Origin: Zygnema circumcarinatum SAG 698-1b
Taxonomy: Eukaryota > Plantae > Zygnematophyceae
Assembly: GCA_037447605.1 (NCBI GenBank)
Contig: CM074809.1
Span: 3,834,689-3,898,688 of the forward strand
Direction: 5' to 3'
DNA: 64,000 nt
Of this stretch, positions 1 through 11,529 are shown piece by piece. Position 1 is the stretch's first letter. Every line of letters starts with the position of its first letter. A program made the translations under genes and the position numbers. The notes under the pieces are model-generated. The model did no database searches, was not told the DNA's origin, and saw only the letters and a list, made by a program, of their open reading frames with translations.

Positions 1-409
1 ATGGAAATGCAGGGGGTGTGGTGGTGGTGGAGAAACTTCATGAGGAATTGGGAAGGGGGGAAAGAAGGGGGGAGAGGGAGAAGGAGAGGAGTAGGGGAGA
101 AAATATGGAGAAGGACAGATAGGTCAAATGTCTGGTCAGCTATTTAAGTTGACTTGAAGGTTAATACTTGAGATCATTGCGAAGATGATCATATCTAATC
201 AAGGTTTTTCTAATATAGTTTTGATAAACCAATAGCGTCTGCTGGACCCATTTGAACATCATCACTTTTTTCGCTTTTGTAGTTTATTGGTTTCTGTTTT
301 CCTTCTATCCCTTTCTGTATTTGCTTTTCGTTGGGTTGCTTTTGTTAGGTCAGCTGACAGGCACTTAATGCACATAGAATGGGGGTGTGGGGTATGTGTG
401 AGGTTACAG

Positions 410-2931
410 GCAGGATCCCTTCGCAAAGAAGGACTGGTATGACATCAAGGCTCCTTCCATGTTCTCGGTGCGGAATATTGGAAAGACCCTCGTTACCAGA
501 ACGCAGGGTACAAAGGTGCGAAGTTCTGACTCAATCATTCGTTTAGGATTTTTAGCTTTCACGCTCAAATCTATTTCTGAGTGCGTCCGCGCACTTGATG
601 CTTCATTATATGGTATGTACATTAAGGAACAGTGAGAGGGGGAAGGAGTACGTTGGAAACTGGCATGACTCTTTTTATTCCAGGGACTAGCATGTTCTTG
701 GCTACGTCGTGGTGTTGATTGCTTGTTAGTTGTGGGAATTATGACTTCAGGTGTAAGACCATTATCCAGCTCTTGTGGATAACTCTTATAGAAGGCCTGA
801 TCTTGAGAGTGGGGTTGATCAATGAATGCCTGTGCAGATTGCCTCAGACGGACTGAAAGGCCGTGTGTTCGAAGTGAGTCTTGCGGATCTTCAGTTAGAT
901 GAGGATCAGGCTTTCCGCAAGATGAAGCTGCACGCAGAGGATGTGCAGGGCCGAAACGTCCTCACAAATTTCTGGGTACGTTTATACAATCCTTGATCCT
1001 TCACATGGGACAGAAATCTGCTCGGCTTGCTTTTTGGTCATCCATCTTTTGCGGAGGCGTGTTGCGTCATAGTATTTTTCAATACATCGATGCATCGACG
1101 TGCATACAAATGCGTTCATACACTTCTGTGCTACGAACAGTTGTGGCAGATTTTTACCAGAAGCATATTCGTGCTGCCTTCATTTCATTCCCTTTTTCAA
1201 TGTCCTCTGCAGGGCATGGACTTCACGACAGACAAGCTTCGCTCGCTGGTGCGCAAATGGCAGTCTCTCATCGAAGCATCTGTGGATGTGAAGACCACTG
1301 ACAACTACACTCTGCGCCTTTTTGCTATTTCCTTCACCAAGAGACGTGTGAACCAGATTCGGAAAACTTCGTATGCGAAGACTGCGCAGATTCGTCAGGT
1401 GAATGATTAATGCTTTTCTTTTCGAGTTTGACAAAGGTGAATGGCGTTTGTAATCCAGGATTCGGGATCTGAATAGACGTCTCTGTTTAGGGACTTTTTA
1501 AATGATTCCTTGTTTCAACTCGTAGGAAACAGTTTTCGAAGACAACGAGCGAAGACGAGACTAAAGGCTTCTGACACCCTGATGCTAAATCTTACGTTCT
1601 CAATCTTCAAGCAGTTTTTTACTTGATTGAAAGACAGCATTGCGTCCAAGACATTTTTCCAAGAATGGCAAGGGAGCGGGGAAGGGGGAGGTCATGTTTC
1701 ACTCCGTGCACCCCTTATTCTAATCTGTGTGAATCTTTAAATGAAGAAGGTCGGAGCCATGAACTAATTTTCTACATGTATTTGTATGCAGATCCGTAAG
1801 AAAATGCGCGAAATCATGGTGAAGGAGTCGCAGGCGTGTGACCTGAAGGACCTGGTGCTCAAGTTCATCCCTGAGAGCATTGGAAAGGAGATGGAGAAGG
1901 CATGCGAAGGCATCTACCCCCTCCAGAACACGTACATCCGGAAAGTGAAGATTCTCAAGTCGCCCAAGTTTGACCTTGGGAAGCTTATGGAGGTAAATCC
2001 CTTTACTTCCATCAAACGAGTAAAGTCGGTTCAATGTGAGGTCTAACCAAGAGGGTGGAACGAGAGAGAGAGCGAGAGAGTGGGTGTGAATGAGAGAAGG
2101 GGGCAAGGAGAGAGAGAGGGGGGCTTGGCGCCTATGACAGTAGGGCAAAATAGTTTTGTGAGGCGATGATGGTGTTAGATGTTTAGTCCGGGACTGCGAC
2201 AGAAAGGGCACCAGTCAAGCAGCACTAGGCCTTCGCCATGGCTTTGTGTCTGCCGCATGGTGCCCATAGAGAATGATGGCTGAAGATGGAGGGTTGTCTG
2301 CACTACCAGCAGCTCGCCATAAATGCTAACAACATTTGCGATGCCTAAGGCATGTATATGGTTAGATCATTTCATCATGGGCCCATCGGGTTATATATAT
2401 ACACTGCATGGAGGTTCCCTTGTCTAAGGGTGCATAGCCCGTGAAAACGACCGCTGCACTTAAAAAGCCTTTTACGCCTAACTCTTTGATTAGTGTAGGA
2501 ATAGAATGGGAAACTCGTACTATGGCTTTGTGAGTTCCAGAGGGCCTTCATCTCTCTCCTGTCCTCCCCTCCTCCCTTCCTCCCCCTCGCCGGCCCTCCT
2601 TTTTTTCTCCCTCCCTCCCTCTCAGCCTGTCCCTCCCTCCCTCCTGCCTGCTGATCGAAGAGTGATGTCTCACCCTGTCCCTTTCTTTCTCCCTCCCTTT
2701 CACCTTGTCACTCTCACCCTCCGTGCACCTCCCTCTCACACGCTGTCCGCTCCCGTTCTCCCTCTCCCCCTGTCCCTCCTCGCTCCCTTCCTCCAGCCTG
2801 CTGATCGAAGAGTAATGTGTTCCATGGTGCAGGTGCACGGTGACTACAGTTCAGAGGAGGTGGGAGTAAAGCTGGAGCGGCCGGCGGAGGATGCGGAGGT
2901 GACAGAGGCAGCAGAGGCCACAGAGGCGTAG
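410..2931 (+). CDS. RPS3a: 40S ribosomal protein S3a (eS1), partial; first exon lies upstream of the window
   Basis: GT-AG exons 410-515, 838-975, 1213-1398, 1792-1992, 2833-2931 join in frame: [64 protein letters not shown] stop at 2929-2931. Confidence 0.97.
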
Positions 2932-3875
2932 AGGGGGGCTTTCCTCTCTTTCACCGCTGAGAGAACGAGATGAGATGAGATGAGATGAGCTGAGATGAGC
3001 AAGTGCAAGTGAAGTAAAGGTTCCCTTTCTGCCCTCAGGAGAAGCGAATGCCAACCCTGTGCTCCTCTTCTCCCTGTCCTTCTGCGGGAAGTTTTCCGTC
3101 GCGTGTTTGCCTGGAAGTTCAAAATGTGGCAAGTCGAAATCTGGCGTCCAAGAGCTTTGAATTCAGTGTTCCTGCATGACTTTGCAAGTTGAATTTTTTA
3201 AATCCTACAATTCCTTAAAAACCCTTATGTCTCTTAAAGCAGACATCCTTTCCTTAAAGCCCTAAAAAACCCAAAGAATCCTTAATAAACCTGAAACCAC
3301 TAAGGCTGTCCTATTTGAACTTTTGAAACCCTACAAACTTATACACATAACAGGGGGTCTCAGACTCTTAGAACTGTCTACACTTGGTGCACTTTGAGAT
3401 CAGTTCACGCTGTTCCTCGAAATGGCTTGTAAAAAGTAAGTGAAATGCACACATCGAACAAATTCAATTGATTTTGTTCAGTCTGAAACCCTCACTGTGC
3501 TCGTCTAAAGATGTTTTCAGTATGGAAGTGGACAGTGGAATAATGAGAAAGCCTCCATGAAGCTGAGCCACGTAAAAGAACCGAAAAATCTATCAGCCAG
3601 TAAATCACAGTCCATACAGCAAACATTTAGTACATGATGCGGGCAGTACAATTTCCATAAATCGATGTTATTGTGGGAGGGCGCCCTTACAAGTTCGTTA
3701 CTGTACCGTGACAATCAACGACAAGGTCAATAGCATGGGACTTTCGGGAGGAAGTCGAACAAACCACTAGCACAGCAATTACTCGATTCAGGCCTTTGAA
3801 ATTTCCTCAACAAAGATGTTATAGAATTGGCCAATTGTTTGCTATATGGCCTTTTACAGACGGCTCCCTGCGGCA

Positions 3876-6800
3876 CTACAAGTACAAACTGTGACTATGC
3901 AGCTGCGAGTGGTCTTCGCGGCCAAGCAGGTACCACCTAGTGGCCAGATGCTGGCTCACCACTGTTGTGAAGATGGCCATAGCTACGCCTCCACCAACAA
4001 ACATCCCAAACCTGCAGTCATCCACCCATCCATCCACCATAGGTATCATTACAGCAGCAAACTAGTGAGCCCACCACCATTGGATAATGTGTCTGGTAGA
4101 ACCTCGTACCTTGCAAAGAGTGCTGTAACGCCCAGCATGTATGGCAGACCCGGCACTACCACAACGATCACAGCCATGGCTAAACCATAGAGAGCTGTCT
4201 CCCCATCCCATCGTATGGATCCCCGAACATGACCTGCATAGGCCAAGAAACTCTCCATCAATATGATGATATCTTGAGAATTCCGTCACTCCACAGACGC
4301 CGACGGAGTAGTAAAGTCTCCTGCAAAATACCTAGTCTCTTCTTTGCCCCAGTTTGAACGAAAGCCAACAAGTTATTTATGTTCCTACAACTCATGAAGG
4401 ATGGGTATATGAGTATCCGCAGGATCAGTCGCAAAGAAAGTTCCTAACTGAAAAGCAACTGCTATATTGTCAAAAGGCGATCATAAATAAGGCAACCTCG
4501 GTAGCAATACAGGAAGGTGGTGTTACATTCATCACAACTTAACGATACTTAACTCGCCTTACAAGCCACACAAACAGTGAGCTCCTGTTTGCCATATCGT
4601 ACGGGGGGGGGGGGTGTTTGAGATATATATGGCTCCGGGCCAGTCAAGAGATATATCTATTCGCAAAAGTAACTACTTGGAACTCAAGAGTCAAACAAAG
4701 GCTGATTAGAGGGTGTCCGCTGGTCATTCACAATAATAAGTTCATGCATTTGCTCAGGGTCCACCTTTTGCTGGGCCAGTGTACTTCGAATCGCTTCCTT
4801 CCTTATCGACGACAATGTGCGTTGAACTTGTTCGCCCCCAATACCTTACAAGGCTAAGAAATCCCCCGTACATCAAACAGAAAAGAAAGAGTACCCACTC
4901 ATAGACAAGCAGCACGCCAGTCCATGGGCGCACCTGCAAATGTACGATTGGCATCAAAGAATCAGAAACTATCTCATGTTCCAGAAGTGTGTTAACGTCA
5001 GATTTTAGCATTTCACTATCTGTCAATATGATCTAATCACTGCACAGGCCATCATTGGAAAATTGGAAAATACGGATTGAATCATCGTCTTAATAGCAAC
5101 CTGCACGTTTTAGTCTGACAAGGGAACATTGGCTCCTTGTCAAGATCAACACAAAGTGAATAAGCCAGGGAGTGTAAGGAAAAATGGGACGAGCAGACCA
5201 ATAATAAGCTCTGACAGAAATGGCAGTGTAATAGCCCCCCTCAACCAATGACTATTAGAGCCATACCTGTCTTGGGACCAAGCTGAATGCAATACCCAGT
5301 GAACAAACTCCAATGACGAAAAATGCAACCACTGAAGCTGTGACGAAATACTCTGGAATCTGCAGAAATACATCTCCACCCCAAGTTCAGTATCCACATG
5401 TGACAGACAACAAAAATCAAACCATTTTTGTCATTCCGCTCTTTCCAAGCCAAAAGTAATTAAGCAAAAAATACTCCCACAAGTTACCAATGCAAGCACG
5501 TACAGGAGTTGGGCTTGCTTTCCCCTTCCGTCCTTTGTTCAGATTTTGACCAAAGATCGGCAAGTCACTGGAAGCCTGCCACAACAACAAGGGCAAGATA
5601 ATAATCCAATTCAATATTGGTAAACAAGAGCATCAGCCATTGAAGCCTATGTAGAAGGGGGACAAAACAAGGGCTCTCCTCTATATGCTTTGGTTTGACC
5701 AAATTCACATAACTGTCCGATCCCAGAATCAGTCAGTCACTGGCCAACCACTACCTCCTCCTTTTCGGTTTGCTGAAGTCGGAGGGCAGTTCCCTCCTGA
5801 TCAGGTGAAACCTGTTGCACAGAACGCAACTTCATCAGGCCATAGAGATGGCCAGCTGAAGGAGCATGTATGCCGAAACATCTCTTTAGAACCAGTTTAA
5901 ACTCCACTTCAGAACCAATTCTAACTCCTCTTCAGAATCAATTCTTGCTCCTTGGAGACATTCAGTCTGTGCTCTCAAATTACTCATCTATTCGCATCCC
6001 TATTCCACATCTAACAGCCTTAAAGGGTAAACTTGAGACGAGCTAACCTTTGGTCTGTGAGCCGACAAAAAAAGTCAACCACACATAGAGGACAAGCACT
6101 TCTCCCGGCTAATGTATTGCATACCACCATGAAGCCTACTCCCAACTTCAGATTTTCTGCATTATCTCTTGAGTAAACCTTGACCAGAAGCTGTCTCCTT
6201 AAATCTACGATCGTATCTACAAGTTGACCTGAATGATCCAGGAAGTAGTACTTGCAAGCCAACAAGCCTTGGTTGTACGTAAGCCTTGTTGTAAGCTCAT
6301 TCTTCAAGTTCTTTGTACCTCACTTACCTCCTTTACCATTTGCCGATAAAGCAGTGCCATAGTGCCCAGGGGCAGCAGCACAAGCAGCCAAATATAGCTT
6401 CCAAGGGCCGGATTAGCCCCTCCGCCTGCTCCTGGTATTGAAGCCGGAAGGGCATTTCGAAGGCGCTGCATGGCTCGCAACAGTCACATAGCAGCTTACT
6501 TACACAGAATGGCAGCTTATTCATTAGCTTATTTACACATATTGAAGCAGAACGATGTATCATATAGCCTGAATGTACGTCTGTTCTAAGCCTGATGCTA
6601 CCCGAGGCCTTCCTTGCCCATACACGAGTGAAAGAGAACCCAGAATTCCAACAAGAATGGCCATAGATTAGGAAGCAAAATGGAAAGGTCAGCGGTAAGA
6701 TTTGATGCAGGACGTATTTAACGAAGAAAGGGCCGCCATCACGCGCTTGCTTTCCACATGAAGGGGTAGTGCTAGAAAGGGACAGGGATAGAGTGATGCT

Positions 6801-9055
6801 TGCCTGCCAATGACTGACGGGTATAACAAGCCACGCAGTCCACCAATCCCAAGGTTTAAGGGGCCCAAGTGTGTAATGCATAACCTTTAGGAGGCTTTCA
6901 TCCACCATCCACTGCCATCAGTTCACACACAAACAGTTGTATGAGCAGCAGTCATGCCCTTTACAGCCCATAGAACTTAGTGGATAAATCCATAAAGCAG
7001 ACCCACAAAGGCATAGGATCAGGAAAAGTAGTTCCTTCAAAACAAGCAGATTTCATTATTACAGATTGCGCTACAAAAATGAGGTGCTTCCGGGTATCCA
7101 CTTCCGAAAGGAAAGTGACCCTCCAGCCAGTATTGATGTAGCATCAGCTATATCTCTAACTAAATCATCAATACGTGGTGATTATTAGACTACGAGGTGA
7201 GAACACATCAACCCCAGGAATACCTTCTTTCTTGACGGAGGTGCTGATACCTTACCTTGTTTGCAAGCATAAACAGTCCCACATCTGCGTTATACACTGT
7301 TGGTAAGCGCTCCATTTTCGGAATCGGCTCCTTCCGTCTTTCCGCAAATGATTGCTTCGAGTCAAATAATTTAGCATTCACAAAGTCCGCAAAGTACTCG
7401 TTCAGAAATCCCTGGTCCCCTACATGGTCCACAATCTTCTCTCAATGAGCAAGCGAAGGGTTCTTGAGTTAGAAGCGACACCCCAGATAGTCAATCATTT
7501 CTAAGGAGCTGAGTTTTATACGGGAAAACCTAAAAAGAGTGCAAGGAATAAATGTTCAGAAGCCCTTGATGTACGTACCCCCTGTATATGATGGGGTGCT
7601 CTCTATTTTCTGCATCATATCAGCAAACACTTGTGCTGACGGCTCAACAACCATAACCCCTGTGTTGAACTTCTCTGAGTGGCGCAAGCAAGCGCAGAAT
7701 CCTTGGCACAGAAACAGGTCCTCGATATCGTTTACAACAATTGTATCAGCATCCAAGTAGATTACTGCATCCACACAAAATAAAGCCTCATTCAGACTTT
7801 CTGAACATAACAGCCATCCACGTTTTCTTCCGCTTCTAGCTGAAAATAATTTCAGTCAAAACTTGTAAGCAACTAAGTTGCGATAAGAGTTCATGCATGT
7901 GAAAATCTGGTTCTTGATTTGGACGAGAAAACAATTCATAGGCGGAGGCGGCATGTTGGAAAACTTTTCCTTCACTAAATCAGCAACACGTGTGTGGTCT
8001 GGGATCTAAGTTGTTCTATTTCTTCATCAGAAGCTTGAAGAGGCACGTGCACGAAAACCTAAAGATAGAGTCGGAGTGGATGACGATGGGCAGGTTGCCA
8101 TCGAACAGAAGATTGAACTCTAAATGTTCTTGTCGAAACCTACATTTTTCATATTGCGTCAAATTGAAGATCTTGAGTTTGGTGTAGACCCCCCAAAAGT
8201 TGCTTGGATGGTGTGAGTTGGGATTGTTCAACAACTCCACACGGTCCACGATCCATCCATCTGCCTGTGCCCAGACTGAGCACTTATACTCAGCCCTTTT
8301 CTCATTTCATTTGATGATCGAAGTTCTGACATGCTTGTTTCTCACCGCTCGTGGATTCACTCTTTACACAAGCGTTCACACCGCTCCATTGGCAAGGTGC
8401 ATAAAGAATAAGCAATTTAGTACAGCAACCTAGTTCAAAGAGAAATAGTGCAACTCCTTCAAAGGCCTGGTGGATGATAAGCAACAAGCTAGTAGTTCTT
8501 GACATTCGGTAATATCCAAAACTTAGAATGCGTGCAGTTGCCTGCCCATAGCTGCCATGTCCAGGCCAAACAAAGGCTGAAAACTTATTCTACCAATAAA
8601 AAACATAACAAGACCACGAACAGCATTCGCAGAGAGTACTGGGACAACTAATTTGCTTCAGTTCTCCTCAATTGTCCCACAGTTCCGCGCATCCTCACCT
8701 GAAGAAGCTGAGCGGCCTCCTCTGTGACTCCCTTTGACACCAGCACCACCATGTCTTTGCTTGTTCCTGTCATCTTCAGCGACTGCCCTAAAACTCTTAC
8801 ACCCAGAACAAACTTATCCCCATACAGAAGTGTGACGAAGGCCTGCTGAGTCCGCTGCTGTTCTACGGCGGAAACTCTCGAAGATTTTGACCGGAGACTC
8901 TGACGATCGCTTGCTGCATTCGCTGAAGTGGTCACAAGCAAGAAAGCAAGAGCAGCAGCAGAAATAACTTGAAGTAGGGAACGCTTTATGAAATCCTGCT
9001 GCTGCTGCTGCTGCTGCTGGCGCAGCATTATACCAGTTGGAGACCGCAAATTCAT
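3876..9055 (-). CDS. IPUT1: Inositol phosphorylceramide glucuronosyltransferase (GT8, PGSIP6-type)
   Basis: Minus-strand exons 8699-9055, 8144-8264, 7579-7764, 7256-7419, 6804-6911, 6328-6465, tentative 5504-5575, 5267-5359, 4765-4933, 4110-4233, 3876-4011. Motifs AFVTLLYGD, FWGVYTKLKIF, YLDADT (DXD), GGDQGFLN, HYTLGPLKPWDWW, VPRQVRPWTG and C-terminal TM helices match recalled Arabidopsis IPUT1 in order. Confidence 0.93.
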
Positions 9056-9437
9056 GCAGATGATGATACTTTACAGGAGAGCATATGCATAGAAATGAAT
9101 AAGCGCCTTGATATTGAAACGAACTCGGGAATCGAAGGCCTGCTGCTTTCTGAGTTTCTTTTTGAGATGCTTTCTTCGGAAAGGGAGAAGTTAAGGTACG
9201 GGAAAGAGAGAGAACGAGTGAGTGTGAGAAATAGAGTGAGTCACGAAGGCCTGTAAATGCAGGCTTAGGACAAATCTCAAGCGTCCGTTACGTTACCGTA
9301 CGGAGATAGGCGAAACAAGACAGGTGGCATGTCAGGAACCTGCCACGTCGACAAGACTGCTGCCAACGCAACGGACGTACATGGAACCGTGTTAGGGCTC
9401 CAATTCCCTTACCTTTTGGCTTCAGAGCCCTCCACTT

Positions 9438-9490
9438 CCAATGAGAAGTCGCCACGTGTCGGTATTGACAACATGGCAGACTGCCATTGG
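9438..9490. promoter_or_regulatory. Inverted pair of ERSE-like CCAAT-N9-CCACG sites in the IPUT1/GAF divergent promoter
   Basis: CCAAT 9438-9442, CCACG 9452-9456, 15-nt spacer, CATGG 9472-9476 (one mismatch to CGTGG), ATTGG 9486-9490. Function is inferred. Confidence 0.55.
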
Positions 9491-9809
9491 ATGGTGCTTA
9501 CCTTTTAGTTAGTCTCAACGGTGTGGTCAACAGTTTATGGCTAACTGTGTCAATGGTTAGTGGTCAACTGCCAATGACCAGTGGCTAATGGCCAATGGCT
9601 CCATGACTCCATAGCTTCATGGCTCCATGGCTAACTGGCCAATGGCTCCATGGTTTTGGTTTTCTTGGAAGTGGAAGCTTTGGATGGAGCGAAGGAGACG
9701 CTGTGAAGGGAGGGAGGGAGGGAGGGAGGGAGGGAGGGAGGGAGGGAGGGAGGGAAGGAGGGAGGGGAGGGAGAGAGAGCGAGAGAGGGGAGGGGGCAGG
9801 CAGGCAGGC

Positions 9810-10507
9810 ATGCAGATCCTGTCAGGGAGGCGAGTGGCTGCAGGACTGAGGGAAGCAGCCGCGCAGGGGCACGGCCGGGGGACTTTGCTGCAGCAGGCAG
9901 CGGAGGGGATAGCGGTTGCAGGGGAGCCTTTCACTGGAGTGTATCTTTACATGCTGGACGGAGAGGTGCTTGTGTTGGAGGCCTTCAGAGGAAGGGAGAC
10001 TGAGCACACGAGAATCAAGGTCTGTGAAGCTTGGCTGCAGAATATGACATGAATTAGATGTGAGGATTGATGTGATTTCTTTCTTGTTCAAGCTTGTTGA
10101 GGAATTCGTTTGCAGAGGTTTTAGTCAGCGGCATAGAAACAATGCCATTGATTTGTGCTAAGGTCCCTGTTGCATATCTGGAACAATGGAGGGTGTGCAA
10201 ATGCTTCACCTTGACGAATTCTTTTCCCGAAGATCCAAATTCATGCCTTTGTGCAGCTCAGGTGGGGCAGGGAGTGTGCGGAACTGCCGTTGCAACAGGG
10301 GAGGATCAAAATGTCCCCGATGTGACGGCCCGGGCGAACTACATAGCATGCAATCGCTTCACGAAGGCAGAGTTGGTTGTTCTTATTCGCAAAAAGGGGC
10401 AAATTATAGGGCAGATTGACATCGACAGCGACACATTGGACCCATTTGATGAAGGCGAGCAGGCAGCTGTAAGGGAGATAGCGGATGCACTTGGGGAATT
10501 ACTATGA
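9810..10507 (+). CDS. Stand-alone GAF-domain protein, free methionine-R-sulfoxide reductase (fRMsr/MsrC/YebR)-like, 151 aa
   Basis: Exons 9810-10019 and 10262-10507 with a phase-0 GT-AG intron: ..FTGVYLYML..LVLEAFRGRETEHTRIK|VGQGVCGTAV..NVPDV..NYIACN..ELVVLI..IGQIDIDSD. The GVCG, IAC and IDIDS motifs are those of the fRMsr family. Confidence 0.85.
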
Positions 10508-11529
10508 AGCTCTGCAGCTAAGAGAAAATGTCTGCTTTTGTTTTTTTTTCTGCCCACCTTTCCACGTGTGATGTTTTGGGAACGCTCTTCCTGGAAAATG
10601 TATGAAAGAGATGTTTCAAGATCAGCTGTAGACATGTACAGTAGTAGATCGCCTATTTTTTCGGGGCATACCTCTATTCTTGCAAAAGGTCAAGAGGTTT
10701 TTGTAGTTTCTGTAAATTAAAACTAAGGATGAGTGAGGTAAGTCTGAATATTTTGTAACTTCCAGGTCTTGCATTCTCAATATGTCGATGAAATTCCATT
10801 TGTAATTCCATTTAATTCCATTTGTAGGCTGTTGAGAATATTCGATCGCGATCAAAAAATGGATATGGGCCTTTTGCCGAGCCATGCTGTGTGCTGTTCA
10901 CTGCCAGCCGCATTTTAATCTTACATCGTGTTGTGAAAGCAAATGCAATTTTGTTATTATGCAATCTCATATCATTGATTCTGTAGTACGCGACCCAGCC
11001 TCGCCATTATGTAAATAAAAGAAAACGAGTTTGGAGCGCTTTTGCCAATCAATTCATCCACACAACAAAAGGAAGAAGAACCAACGAGCGCAGCAACCCA
11101 ATGCTTGATATCACAAATAAGCTTTTTACTGCCAGAAAGAACTGCAAAGCCGCTTCCCTCAACTCGAGTGAACGTCTGCCACTCCCTCCTTCCTTGCATG
11201 CAGCTTTCTGTGTATCGCGAAAGCCCGAGAGCACAACGTATTCGTAACTGACATGCATGTACAGGAAGCGAGCGACAGCAGAAGCAGCAAGAAGAGAAGG
11301 ACATCTCTCCACGCCCTACCATCGTTCTTCCTGCAATATGAGCTGCTTATGAGGCGCACATAATATCAGATGCGTTTCAAAACAGTCGGACGTTTCGTCC
11401 CTGTGCATGCACGCACGTCCGTCCGAAGGAAGAGAGCAGCCATGAAGGGCACGCGACTCCATGGGTTGCAAGGAAATAAAGATCAATTGTATTGACGAGT
11501 GAGGGGTTTCTCTATGCAAGCTCCCCGCC

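Noticed and set aside
6333-6803. Read-through of the 191-aa ORF as one long IPUT1 exon
   Set aside because: A different frame at 6328-6465 matches the orthologue, which requires the GC-AG intron.
8990-9020. Poly-Q (CAG)8 near the IPUT1 N-terminus as a functional feature
   Set aside because: It is a short coding microsatellite ahead of the signal anchor, common in such genomes and with no further support.
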